Source: Octopus sinensis
Lineage: Eukaryota
Length of the DNA: 64,000 nucleotides
Assembly (NCBI RefSeq): GCF_006345805.1
Contig: NC_042997.1
Location: 46,686,001-46,750,000, forward strand
Direction: 5' to 3'
Made by a program: the position numbers and the translations under genes
The notes under the pieces: model-generated
The model's database searches: none
What the model was told of the DNA's origin: nothing
What the model saw: only the letters and a program-made list of their open reading frames with translations
Shown here: positions 52,506 to 64,000 of the stretch, one piece after another
Numbering within the stretch: position 1 is the first letter of the stretch
Layout of the letters: the number at the start of each line of letters is the position of its first letter

Positions 52506-54974
52506 CCCACAAATGAGTAAAACTATAGATATGTTACGTTGTTTGTTTTTTCAAATTTAAAGCTGTTTTCGTCTTGAAAATAAAGCGAAAAATAATAAGC
52601 AAAATGTGTCAAGTTAAAAGAATAACAATTGTATAACAAAGAATAAAGGTTTAAAAGATGATTTCCTCAAAGACTACACCTTCAAGGCAACCTTTATGAA
52701 CTTTTAACCTATCTCACGTAACATGTATTTTTGGCAGAAACACACATAAATCGAATTTTAAAAGAAATTCTGTATAAACTTCCATCGATCTTTCAGTCTT
52801 TTTAAATAACCGGGGTTAGTGCTATGAGTATTGCTAGCCTCTGTATGTATTGATGATTATTAGACTTCTACTATGACACGGTACTTTCTATATTTCCAAA
52901 ATCTGAATGTACATTATTGGAGCTGTCTAGTTTGCCTGCAGGCTTTAGATATAGAATTTGTTCTGCTACTTACACGGAAAATGTAAGTTACTCGAAGGTT
53001 TTTAAGTTGCTATATTACATGTGAGATCCTATTTTATTTCTTAAACGAATTACCCGAGTCACTAATTGAAATTTCGTGCAGATCGAAAGACGTGACGGGA
53101 ACTGAGTCAACTGACTTCGGTTTTGACAATTTTCTCTCATGGACAATCTATTCAAATGAAACGGAAATTGCACCAAACTACCTTCTAGAAATCTGAACTG
53201 CAAAACTGTGACTGCAGCGGTCAATCTGACGTAAATAGTTACTATGGTGATTAGAAAAGGCGTGGAACACTCGCTGACGTTTATAAATACTATACAAAGA
53301 TAGTTATCTCCTTCACCATCAATACAAAGACGCTACAGAATATATTTATCAGAAGAAATTGAAATTGAAAAGATAATGTCCTGAATATAAGTTAACAAAT
53401 TAGCATGTAAATTAGCAACAATAAAGTAAAAAAGTAAGAAAGACGCAAATAGTCAAGAAAATATGCAATAGCGGCTGCGATAAGTTTGTTAGCAGCAACG
53501 TGAATGCCATAGAAATAAGTCTCGGTTAAACCTGAATGAAATTATCTAGTCATAATCGCTCGGGAAATTGTGATTTGAACACTGTTAACTGTATGCTTGC
53601 TGATTCGTAAATCGAAATGGATATTGATTTGATGTTGTATTGTATGATGTGAAGTCGATGTTCAAGATAGGTGTACTCCTCGAATGACGTAGATATAAGA
53701 TTTTAATTATTCTTGTTGTTATCTATCAGGGCGACTGTTCCAGCAAATCTACAGCCACACTTTAAACCGTGAGCATTTCATATTTTATGGTGTATTTAGG
53801 ATTACATATTCAAATGAGGTTTTTTGTTTGCTTACCGGTTAGCATGTGATTTGAAAGAGATTTGACTGTTTTTTCTTGCAGGAAGCGTTACTACATAGAT
53901 TTCCACTCATTGGTTTGCGACGATGAATGTCTTTTGAAGTATGGTTCAAAATGTGCTGAGACTCTTAAGTTAGAAGCAAGTTGAAAACCACTCTCAGTAA
54001 ATTTAGCAGACATTCAGAAAATGACATTTGCGTTCTCATATTTCAAAATATAGATATGTTTAATGATAGGGGAAGAGGTTTGAAAATTGATTGAAACAAA
54101 TACAGTATAGCCATACATTTGTTTGATATACATGCATGTGATAAATCGATGTGTATGATTGACACCAAGACTTCACTGGCAGACCTCTTAAATCATTTCA
54201 AGTACCATAGATCAAAGATACATTGTGTCAAACATATTCAGATAAAAATAGATTCAAAATATCCAAGTCTACAGCATTAAATAAAAACAAAAGTAGGACG
54301 GATAAGGTTAAGTTAACAAATAAATCTCCTTAAATGCAAAGACATATATATGTATGCATGTATGTATTTTAGCAAGTATTTATACACATCGATATATGAA
54401 TGTGTGATTTTGTTTGTGTGTGTGTGTGTGTGTGTGTGTTATCTCTATTTGAACTCTACTGGTAGCATGCATGCCAGTACAAAACGTGGCCGTGACATTG
54501 GCAACTAAACCGTCAATCAGGCTATATACGGGAAACATGTTGCTGGGGTAATAATAACCAGTAAGACAGAAACAAAATCTCTAAGGATTGACATAAGCAT
54601 ATTCCAGAAAATAGCCATATTAGATTTGCAACCGTCGTTAAAGACATTCTGATACAGCTGTAAGGTTTCAACCGAAGATCTAACAATAGAGTGCTTCACA
54701 GATATACTTGAGATAGTAAAAGAGCAAGCTTTAAGGATTGCTGGAACGATGACGAGGAGTCTGGGCGCCTTCACCGTGATAGACTAAGGTAACATATCAG
54801 CATCTTCTTGTGAGAACATGAACATGGCTAGCAGAATACATCTTGAGACTAAAGCAAAATCTGACGGTCATCTTTAAGGTAGTGTACAATAGATTGGATT
54901 TCCGCCAATCTCTTGCAGCTTGAAGTGACCGTCATTCAGCTTGAGTCACCCTGCCACTGGATCTATCTTCTTTA

Positions 54975-55180
54975 CAACTGGCAGGATCGTTTCCACGCCA
55001 GGCAAAATGCTTAGAGGCAGTTCGTCCTTTTTAACGTTCTGAGTTGAAATTACGCCGAAGTTGACTTTACCTTTAGTCCTGTCGAGCTCGATAAAATAAG
55101 AACTAATGAGCTGTGAGATTAATGCAATCGACTGACCCGCTTCCACAAAATTGCTGGCCTCGTGCGAAAGTTTGAAACCA
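54975..55180 (+). mobile_element. SINE family D (diverged)
   Basis: CTGGCAGGATCGTT...TTCTGAGTTGAAATTACGCCGAAGTTGACTTT...AAATTGCTGGCC. Confidence 0.7.
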
Positions 55181-55489
55181 GTGTTTGGAATCTTTTTTTT
55201 TTGTTCATTTAAAATTTCTGCTTAAGCCAGAATTGCTAACTGTATCTCTGGCAACGTGGGAATAAGAATAATATACTTTGTTTGGATAGATATTGTGATG
55301 TATATTGCTTCTTTCAAATCTAGGTGGTGATATTTTAATTGCTTTTATCATTTGCCGTCAAAATAATATAAAAGTATTTCAGAAATAGTAATGGAAATAA
55401 CACTTGAAGACTGAAATTTTAAAATTAGAACGACGTCGCTTGAAGTTGAAATACGAGAGGCACATTAAAGAGTTTTAGAACTAAGACAG

Positions 55490-55822
55490 CAATTTCGAAA
55501 GAGCGTGTAGCCCTATTCCCTTGACTTCAATTCTTGGCGTACTTATTTTATAGAGCGCCCGGCGGAATTTGAACGCAGAACGTAAAGTATCAGAAGTAAT
55601 GCCACTGAACATCTTGTCTTACCGACTAAAAATTCTGCAAGACCATCGATTTCGGGAGAGGGGCTAAGTTGATTACATCGACTGGTACTTATTTTATCGA
55701 CCCCGAAGTAAAGCATCAGACGTAAAGCCGACCCTAGGAGAATTTGAACTCAGAATACAAATACGGACGAAACGCCTCTAAGAATTTTGCCCGGGGTACT
55801 AAAGATTTCGTCAGCTTCCTGC
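55490..55822 (-). mobile_element. Two tandem diverged family D SINE fragments
   Basis: GGCGGAATTTGAACGCAGAACGTAAA (~55561) and GAATTTGAACTCAGAAT (~55740), each with flanking family motifs. Confidence 0.65.
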
Positions 55823-57039
55823 CTCGAGAGCAACGGAATAATAACAGCAAAATAATCACACCACTATTACATCCACTTCTGGCGGCACTAATGCCGCCAC
55901 CACCTCTACCACACCGCCACCACCAACACCACCACCACCACTACCACTACGCCCGTGCTGCTCTACACTATCTTTATGGTTGTAAAACGAGAGAGCCTGA
56001 TTTTCAATGATGTGTAATGTCTCGGCAAGTACCCCATACAGGTGACTGTTGCCATATATATTAGACGAGCTATGAATGATCATTTCAATTAATTCTACAG
56101 GTGAGCGTCAACTCTGATTTGCGAATAGTTTTGTCTCCGCTGCCAATTGTGGTCCAATGTATACTTCCTGCTTATTAAAAGAAAAGAAATTCATGTGAAG
56201 CGTCCAATTTACGGAAATATTACTTCTCTTTCTACAATCATAATCTGAACAACACATTTGGCGTATGTTCTAGCAGTATATCTGTTTCTGATGTTATAGA
56301 TTTGCTTACTTTTATGTCATAAACAAGCAGTGTATATAGTAGGACTTCTTGTGAATGGGAAATGTTTTGAGCAACACCATTCACTACCTTCATAAATTTT
56401 GTCACTAAAGCTGCGTAGCTCAAGAGGTTGGTGCTATCATACAGAAAATTTCTTTAAAAATTAGAATGGAAAAACATTGATTGAGCTATAAGTATGCACT
56501 TGTAGTTCAGTGGCAGCAACCGGAAGATCATACATGCTCTAGGTATTCGTGACTTGCATTTAACTGCATAATTTATTAATGAGCCTTTGAGAGCAGTGTT
56601 AGCTCTAGAAAGAACGCATTTTTTTTTATTACTACATGCCGAATGTCAGTTTGTTCTTTTACAGAAGCTTTTACATGGTAAATAATTATAGTATATAGCA
56701 AAATTGTAAACACGTATGCATGTAAATTCGGAGATTACTTAGCACACATACGCACACCGGGCACACATACACCGGATACACACACACGCACGCAAACACG
56801 CATACGCATGCTCACACACGCATACACATATCTATGTGTGTGTGTGTTGTGTTTGTATGTGTGCGTGCGTGTGTATACACATACACTCACACACATATCT
56901 ATATACATACACACACACATATATATATATATGTATATGTATTTGTATATACAAATATATATACACACACATATATATATATATATATTCATATATATAT
57001 AATTATATACAGACATACATACATACCAACAAACACACA

Positions 57040-57455
57040 TAATTTCCACATAAATAGTGACGTACCCCGCCCCTTTCTAAAACGGAAAGAAGGTGGTAGA
57101 GGCTTAATATCGATCCAAAATATCTTTGAATGTCGTATAATGTCGCTTCGGCGACATCTCTTAGCCACCAAGTGTCGAAGTGCATCCTTTGTCTAAGATT
57201 GCGTACGTGAGACTGATAACAGGATAATATTTAGAAGGCAGCCACTTGAGCAACAGTCCTCGTCTGATAACCTGGAATACATGCCCAAAGAAGTCCCACG
57301 ACTCTACCGCAATGTATCATCAGATGAAAGGATGAGCCTATGTGAGCAGAAAACTGTGCATGGATATGCTGGCAGAAAGTTCCAAGATGATAGTAATATT
57401 GACCAATATAGCAGTCTATCATGGACCAATAGCCGGATTACTACCTCCCATACAT
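57040..57455 (+). pseudogene. RLE-type (R4/NeSL-like) LINE fragment
   Basis: NFHINSDVPRPFLKRKEGGRGLISI (cf. LYLPRKEGGRGL), followed by LCMDML/IDQYSSLSW segments. Confidence 0.65.
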
Positions 57456-57569
57456 AAAATATAACATACAAATTTGAACATATACATACATACATACATA
57501 CATACATACATACATACATTATGGCTGCCCCCTCGTTATCGAGTATGGCCATTGCACGAAGCTTAACTG

Positions 57570-57928
57570 TTACTGGTGCTGTGATCGAATGTGACTTTTT
57601 AGCCCAGCTAAAGATCTACAATGTCTTGTGCAAAATTGGCAACTAAAACCTTTACTGGTAATAGCCGGCTGTAGTTGTAACTGGGCTCCATGTACCTTTG
57701 CATGTCGTTTAAGTCCTCCTGCCGAATTACACTCTCTTCCACATGCCCGACAGATATGATTACTATGGTGTGTTACACCACCACCAGTGGCCATGTTGTC
57801 ACTCATCTGTCTCGTTTTATGACTACGAAGATGACTCATGAGTCCAGCTTTACTGAGGCAGGGTCTTGCACAGACATTGCATGTCAGAATCAAAGGAAGA
57901 CCCTTCCCTTCTGGAAGTGTAACAGTGA
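57570..57928 (-). CDS. Three C2H2 zinc fingers: C-terminus of an RTE-type LINE ORF (5'-truncated)
   Basis: CNVCARPCLSKAGLMSHLRSH, CRACGRECNSAGGLKRHAKVH, CQFCTRHCRSLAGLKSHIRSQH; the stop is followed by an RTE-like tail GCAATGGCCATACTCGATAACGAGGGGGCAGCC-(ATGT)n. Confidence 0.75.
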
Positions 57929-59822
57929 TGCATACACATACATACATTCATACATATATACATACAAACTAACAAAAATACCCTGCTGTCGATGTTGAAA
58001 TTCTAATGAAGGATCTAGGTTAGAAACGGGTCTTTATTGGCAAGAAATTTTAACATAAAACCGAACAATGACATACATATATATAGATATAAAATTCAGA
58101 TATGATTTTTGTTCGTTTTTGTTTGTGGTGGAAAATGAAAATACGTTCCGCTGACTTTAATCATATAACCATTTGCTGTATATCCGTTTATTTCATTTTT
58201 CCAGTTCTTTGATATCCTTTGGAAAAATCACACACCATTGCCTGTCTCTGTTAAGTTCCGATTAAATTTGTGACAAATATTCCTAGGTACTGAATTTACA
58301 GGATCAATAGAGCATTGAAAAGAGTCAATGGCCGTATATATTGTGGCTCATCCGGATTTTAAAGTCACCGCAGTTAAGTTTACTTTTCATTCTTTTGGAA
58401 TGGAGTAGCTGTTAAGTACTGGAGTTGATAGTACCCGATAATTTCCTTCCTTCAAAAACTGATGGTGTTTTGCGTAGATTATCATTATTGCTAATTATGT
58501 CATTAGTATCTATGTCATTAACATTTATGTTATTCTCAGCATAATGTTTTGAGTTTTATGTTGTTTCATCCCTGACCAGACCTCTCCAAACACTAATGTT
58601 CAAAATCGTTTCAATCAAAACTATCTCATCGATTCCCCAATTTTGTTTTGAGGTATGATAAATTTATTTTGACGTCATTCACTGTGTCTTTACAGTTTTA
58701 AATCGGTTGAATGTAAATTGGGAAAGATTCAGTTGATATTTATTCCAGATGGAGTAATCACGTAGATAGATGGTTAATATTGTTATGCTTTTGTAAAGTA
58801 AACAAAAGAATTTGTTGAGTAACTAAATGGCTTCTGACCGTCACTTACGTCCCTTTATCATCGGAATTCAAATCTACTCCGCCCAGCTTTGCGCTTCAGC
58901 CATATAACATCGATTAAGTTCCAGTCATCTACTCTGATACTCCCTAGAAATGTGTAACTTTGTAGCAATGTAGGTAGGATCATTGTTCTCATCACCATTA
59001 CCACAACCACCTACACCACCATCATTCTTTTAAACAGCGTTGTTATCGCTGTCATTGTCCTCATCATCGGCATCATCATCATCATCATCATCATCATTAT
59101 CAGCAGCAGCAGCAGTAGCAGCGGCGATGGCGGCAGCAGTGGCGTTAATGTTCTTGTTGTTGTTGTTGTCGTTGTAGTTGATGAGTGAGTGTCTCATTAG
59201 TTTTGGACAGCAAATTGAAATAAACGAAACTCAATATTTTATGAAAATAAAAAGAAGAAATCAAAAAGAGAAAATAAACGGAAAAAGAATCTCAATATAC
59301 TTTTTGAAAAATAAAAATTTAAAAATATACATACATAATAAACACATAGAACTAGTATTTTAAAATATAAAAAATCTAACAGAACCTCCCATCGCAGAAA
59401 ACTAAAATTTAATCAAATCAATACATTATATAAATATAAAAAAAAAAGAGAACAGAAATAAAGATTATTCTGTGAATCATTTGAAAAGTAGTATTTAAGA
59501 ACTGAACAAAAAATAAACGAAAAAATATAACTAATTAAGAAATGCTTAGATTGAATTGCAACCACTGTCAATATATTTTGAATTGCATCATCTATTGACA
59601 GTTTTACAATTAACAGAGAAACAACGACCCAAGTTCTGAATTTGTTGTTAATGATGTGTTTATCTAAACTACTTGAAACTTCAATGATAAATTCAAAAGG
59701 TAATTATTCAGTGTTTGTTGTTATTATTGTAGTTCTTTAGTCCCAGTTTCGTCTTGATCGAGCAAAACTATACTCAAAAACGAAGACGTTCAAGACGTGA
59801 AGATAAAGCTTTTATTTATACA

Positions 59823-60218
59823 CTAGCAGTACCACCCGGCGTTGCTCGGGTTTGTAAGGGAAATAACTATATAAGCATTTTTAGAGATGTAAAGTATAAT
59901 AGCCATCTCAATATGGCTAACTACAAAGGGGGGATGTTACTGTAGCTTTTTACGTTCTGAGATTTAATAATAAATTTTTAGAGAGTTACTTCCCTTATAT
60001 ATGCCAAAAATGCATTAAAAATGGGAACAATTGATGGTAAATTATTTTTAAAATCGTAGACTCATCGTAGACGCGCGCTAATACCCAGACGGGCTCGATA
60101 TGAATCACGACTATAAGATACCCAGTTTTGGTTAATCTGCACCGCAAAATGTGGGAGTAGTTAGGAATCTAAATCGTAGGAGACAGACAGCGCACAACCT
60201 TACTTTTATATATAAAGA
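59823..60218 (-). mobile_element. Non-autonomous Helitron (396 bp)
   Basis: Minus strand A|TCTTTATATATAAAAG ... CCCGAGCAACGCCGGG hairpin ... CTAG|T: TC start, 3' hairpin plus CTAG, inserted in AT with no TSD. Confidence 0.88.
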
Positions 60219-61108
60219 TTTTCATTTACTGTGTATCTAGGAGTATATCATTCAAGGTGACTTTCTTTTCTTTAAAAGAGCAGATTGTAAAGTGAATATT
60301 TCGCTGCTATTTCTAGAAGGGGAAAACAACCACACAAAGGTCTCCTGTTTGGTTCGGAACTTGATTGCTATACTCAATAGTGCACTGGTGATTCCCACTC
60401 TCTCACCAAACCACGAAAAATAAATACGTCAATATTCCATTGCGCTGCATAATCAGGAGTGGAAATTCGGTTTCACGTTTCATAAATTATAAGTAGCATA
60501 AGATGATCCCGTGTCTTACGGAGCTATACTCAGCTTCGCATTCTAATGAAAGCACAATCGTTAATTTTAAAACATTATTAAGGCTTACAGTATTGAAAAT
60601 TTGAACTTCATCATTTGATAGCTAAGCTTTGAGAAATAAATAGACAAAAGCAAATGTTTTGGTACCTGAAGCGTCTAAAATTTTATGTATATCACGTGTT
60701 CGTTCATGACTTTATTCTTTAAATAATTTCTGTTAATCGATTTAAAGTTGTATTGTCTCTTTTTATTCTGTATTTTGTTAGTCAATGACAACAATTCCGT
60801 ACTTTGATGCTTATTTTATAGAAATGAACTCGCAAGGAAACAAAGTTGAGTCCAAATTTGATGGAAAGAAATATTATATTGATACATCAATAAATTTCCA
60901 AGATATAATTCTTTGAAGCAGAGATTTTAGTCATACTACGACCACAAATTGACATAAAAAGAAACGCGTGAACACGCACGCACACATACACATATGCGCG
61001 AACATCCAACATACAAACACGTGCGCTGAAACTTCGATGTTAGTGGCATAAATATTCGATTCGTTGCAATGAATCTTTTATTCAGTCTTTCGTATCTATC
61101 TATCTATA

Positions 61109-61205
<97 letters not shown>

Positions 61206-61219
61206 ATCTATCTATCTAC

Positions 61220-61271
<52 letters not shown>

Positions 61272-61301
61272 ATAACTATCTATCTGTATCTATCTATCTA
61301 C

Positions 61302-61372
<71 letters not shown>

Positions 61373-61493
61373 ACTATCTATCTGTATCTATCTGTCTATC
61401 TACCATTTATCAATCTATTATCTATCAGACTTTGTTTCCCTTTTCCTCTCTCTCTCTCTCTCTCTCTCATTGTGTGTACACACACACACACAC

Positions 61494-61547
<54 letters not shown>

Positions 61548-61551
61548 TATA

Positions 61552-62312
61552 TCGGCCTGAGTGAAAAGTAAGCAACGTTTTGAAACCTGAAATTCATCAC
61601 AATATATTTCAGTAATGCGGAAGTTTTATTCATCAAAAGTAAGTACCATTACATTCAACACATGTTTGCCAATGAGTTACAAATTTGTTTATTCTGGTAA
61701 TATAAAAATCTGGAGGTGCAGAGCTATGTAAACAATTGAACGCATTTTCAGCATCAGTTTGAGTTTTAGACCCGTCACGCAGTAAACCATCAAGGTGCTT
61801 AAAAAAGTAGGAGAAAGGCCTGGGGAATAATCTGGGTGGGGAAGAACTTCATAGCCACCAAAAACTTCTTTTTGAAAATCTCGGGTTTAGGGAAGGTTTT
61901 CGGAGCTTCGTTTTAGTCCAACTGCTGCAAAGAAAGTTTTTATAATTGTAGAGAATCTACTTTTCATCGCAAGTTACCATACGGTCGAGAAATGGATCGG
62001 TCTGGCTATGGAGAAGAAGCGACGAGCAAATTTCATATCTGCACATATTCTGATTTTAATTCAAATCGTGTGGTACACATTTGTTAAGACTTTTTTGATC
62101 TTCCGATCGCATGCAAATGTATGCAGGCAGTTTTCTGGCTAACTTCAAGTTCTTTTGCCAATTCTCAAGTGATTTTACGTGGATCTTTCTCAATGACGGT
62201 CCTTAATTGATCGTCATCGATGACACATGGGCGTCCACTACGCTCAACGATCATCAAGGCTCAGATCTTCATTGCTAAATCGTTAAAACCATTTTTGAGC
62301 ACACCACTCTCT
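61552..62312 (-). mobile_element. Internally deleted mariner transposon remnant
   Basis: Minus-strand CVPHDLN (WVPHEL motif), PFLDRMVTCDEK*ILYN, GYEVLPHPDYSPGLSP. Confidence 0.88.
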
Positions 62313-62559
62313 GCTTTCTTCCAAGGAGTCTAATGCTCTTAGCTTAGTTTTTCCTTGGGGCCGGCCAGATTAGAGCAATCTCAAGAATAATCAGCCGAAA
62401 TTGTGAGGATGATCTGGTGCTTCACTGAAGAAAGATAACTTCGAATGGCCAGTCCTTGTTTTCTTTTTATCTTCTATCTGAACGTTTTGTTGTCCCTTTT
62501 TGGATCACCTAGCTGTACGGATGTTTTGCGTTCTTGTCCCATTTTGTATTATATATATG

Positions 62560-62612
<53 letters not shown>

Positions 62613-62820
62613 GTATATAGCGGTGTATGTACACTTTGTTCTCTTACATATATATAAATATATATATATGTGTGTGTGTATATATATATACATTTAATTA
62701 AATATAGTCATTGTCGGTCTATGGAGTTACCTGGATTTTATCTTTATCAAAATACTCTACGGCTCTATAACTTGGTCTATTTCTCTTTCGGGTTTATGAT
62801 TTACTGACAATATATATATA

Positions 62821-63005
62821 CTCTTTTACTCTTTTACTTGTTTCAGTCATTTGACTGCGGCCATGCTGGAGCACCGCCTTTAGTCGAGCAAATCGGCCCC
62901 GGGTCTTATTCTATCAGTCTCTTTTGCCGAACCGCTATGTGACGGGGACGTAAACACACCAGCATCGGTTGTCAAGCAATGCTAGCGGGACAAACACACA
63001 CACAT

Positions 63006-63036
<31 letters not shown>

Positions 63037-63201
63037 CATATATACGACAGCCTTCTTTCAGTTTCCGTCTACCAAATCCCCTCACAAGGCATTGGTCGGC
63101 CCGGAGCTATAGCAGGAGACACTTGACCTAGATGCCACGCAGTGGGACTGAACCGGGAACCGTGTTGTTGGTTAGCAAGCTACTTACCACACAGCCACTC
63201 C
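62821..63201 (-). mobile_element. tRNA-derived SINE family B, near full length
   Basis: Reverse complement of 30899-31303; head GGAGTGGCTGTGTGGTAAG at 63201. Confidence 0.88.
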
Positions 63202-63682
63202 ATATAAATGTATGATTCAGGGATCGGGATGTAGGGAGAAATTTTTGCGTTAAGTAATCCGTAAAAAATTTTTAAAAACTTTTAGGGACAATGGTTTATT
63301 GAGACGGAAGGTTGTGGATTTTTCGTATCGAAGAACGATAAGCTGAAAGTTCATTTTATATTCCACGGTAGGCGGCCATGTTTGCGGGGTGTGCTGTTCC
63401 TTTTACTAAATTCTGTGACCCAGCCAAAACAGCTCTATTATTCTAATACCAGTCAACTGACCTTGCTTAAAATCCCCCTTCCTCCCACTTCCATATATTT
63501 TCTCCTCTTATTCAAATACACATTTCTTCCTATATTTATATACCACTCCCATACGTTACTTACCACACATTCTGATTGAAACTTTCATGCCTCAACAAGT
63601 ACACCCTTACCACAATGTAACCTCTGATTCAATCAAGATATCTTTGGCCTGAAGAGTAGCCGGCTGTATACACCACGTTTGG

Positions 63683-63722
<40 letters not shown>

Positions 63723-64000
63723 CAGGATTCAAGCGAAGCCCTTAGACAGTAAAGCATCAAGATAGAATCATTGAAATCGCTATCGCGTACAAACAATATT
63801 TGGGGAACAAACACGTATTTACTATGGTAAACATGGATGTATAATCCAGTTTTATGAACAATCACAAACGACCAACTGAATATACAAGGCTGCACAAGGC
63901 TGCCTATGGGTAAAAATTCTACAGTAATTGCACTGCACCCAATACACTCCAAGGTGAAAGATAAACAAATTGCAAGATATGGATTGTGGTTCACTCACTA

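Noticed and set aside
62420-62456. Hammerhead-like CTGAAGA...GAA-TGGCCA-GTC (also 28689-28725, -)
   Set aside because: Lacks the A15.1-U16.1/NUH arrangement and a consistent stem I in the two copies; not called as a ribozyme.

Overview
AT-rich, microsatellite-dense eukaryotic DNA with no convincing host protein-coding gene. The SINE families resemble those I recognise from Octopus/coleoid cephalopod genomes (inference). Almost all ORFs in the track are microsatellite translations or transposon debris. Contents: a decayed Mag-type Ty3/Gypsy LTR element with LTR, PBS and PPT (3377-7677, -); RTE, CR1, Tx1 and R4-like LINE fragments; about 20 tRNA-derived SINE copies from four families; two mariner remnants; a Helitron; a HINE-like element and MITEs. 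The most notable signal is a set of unrelated foldback or partially tandem elements, mostly inserted in (TA)n tracts, carrying minimal type I hammerhead ribozyme (HHR) motifs like those of Penelope-like elements (PLEs). Several have intact cores, some show core covariants (G3-C8, possibly U3-A8), one has a very long stem II insert, and one is fused to a tRNA-like Pol III head, making it a candidate PLE-mobilised, ribozyme-bearing SINE. All coordinates and folds were read by eye.
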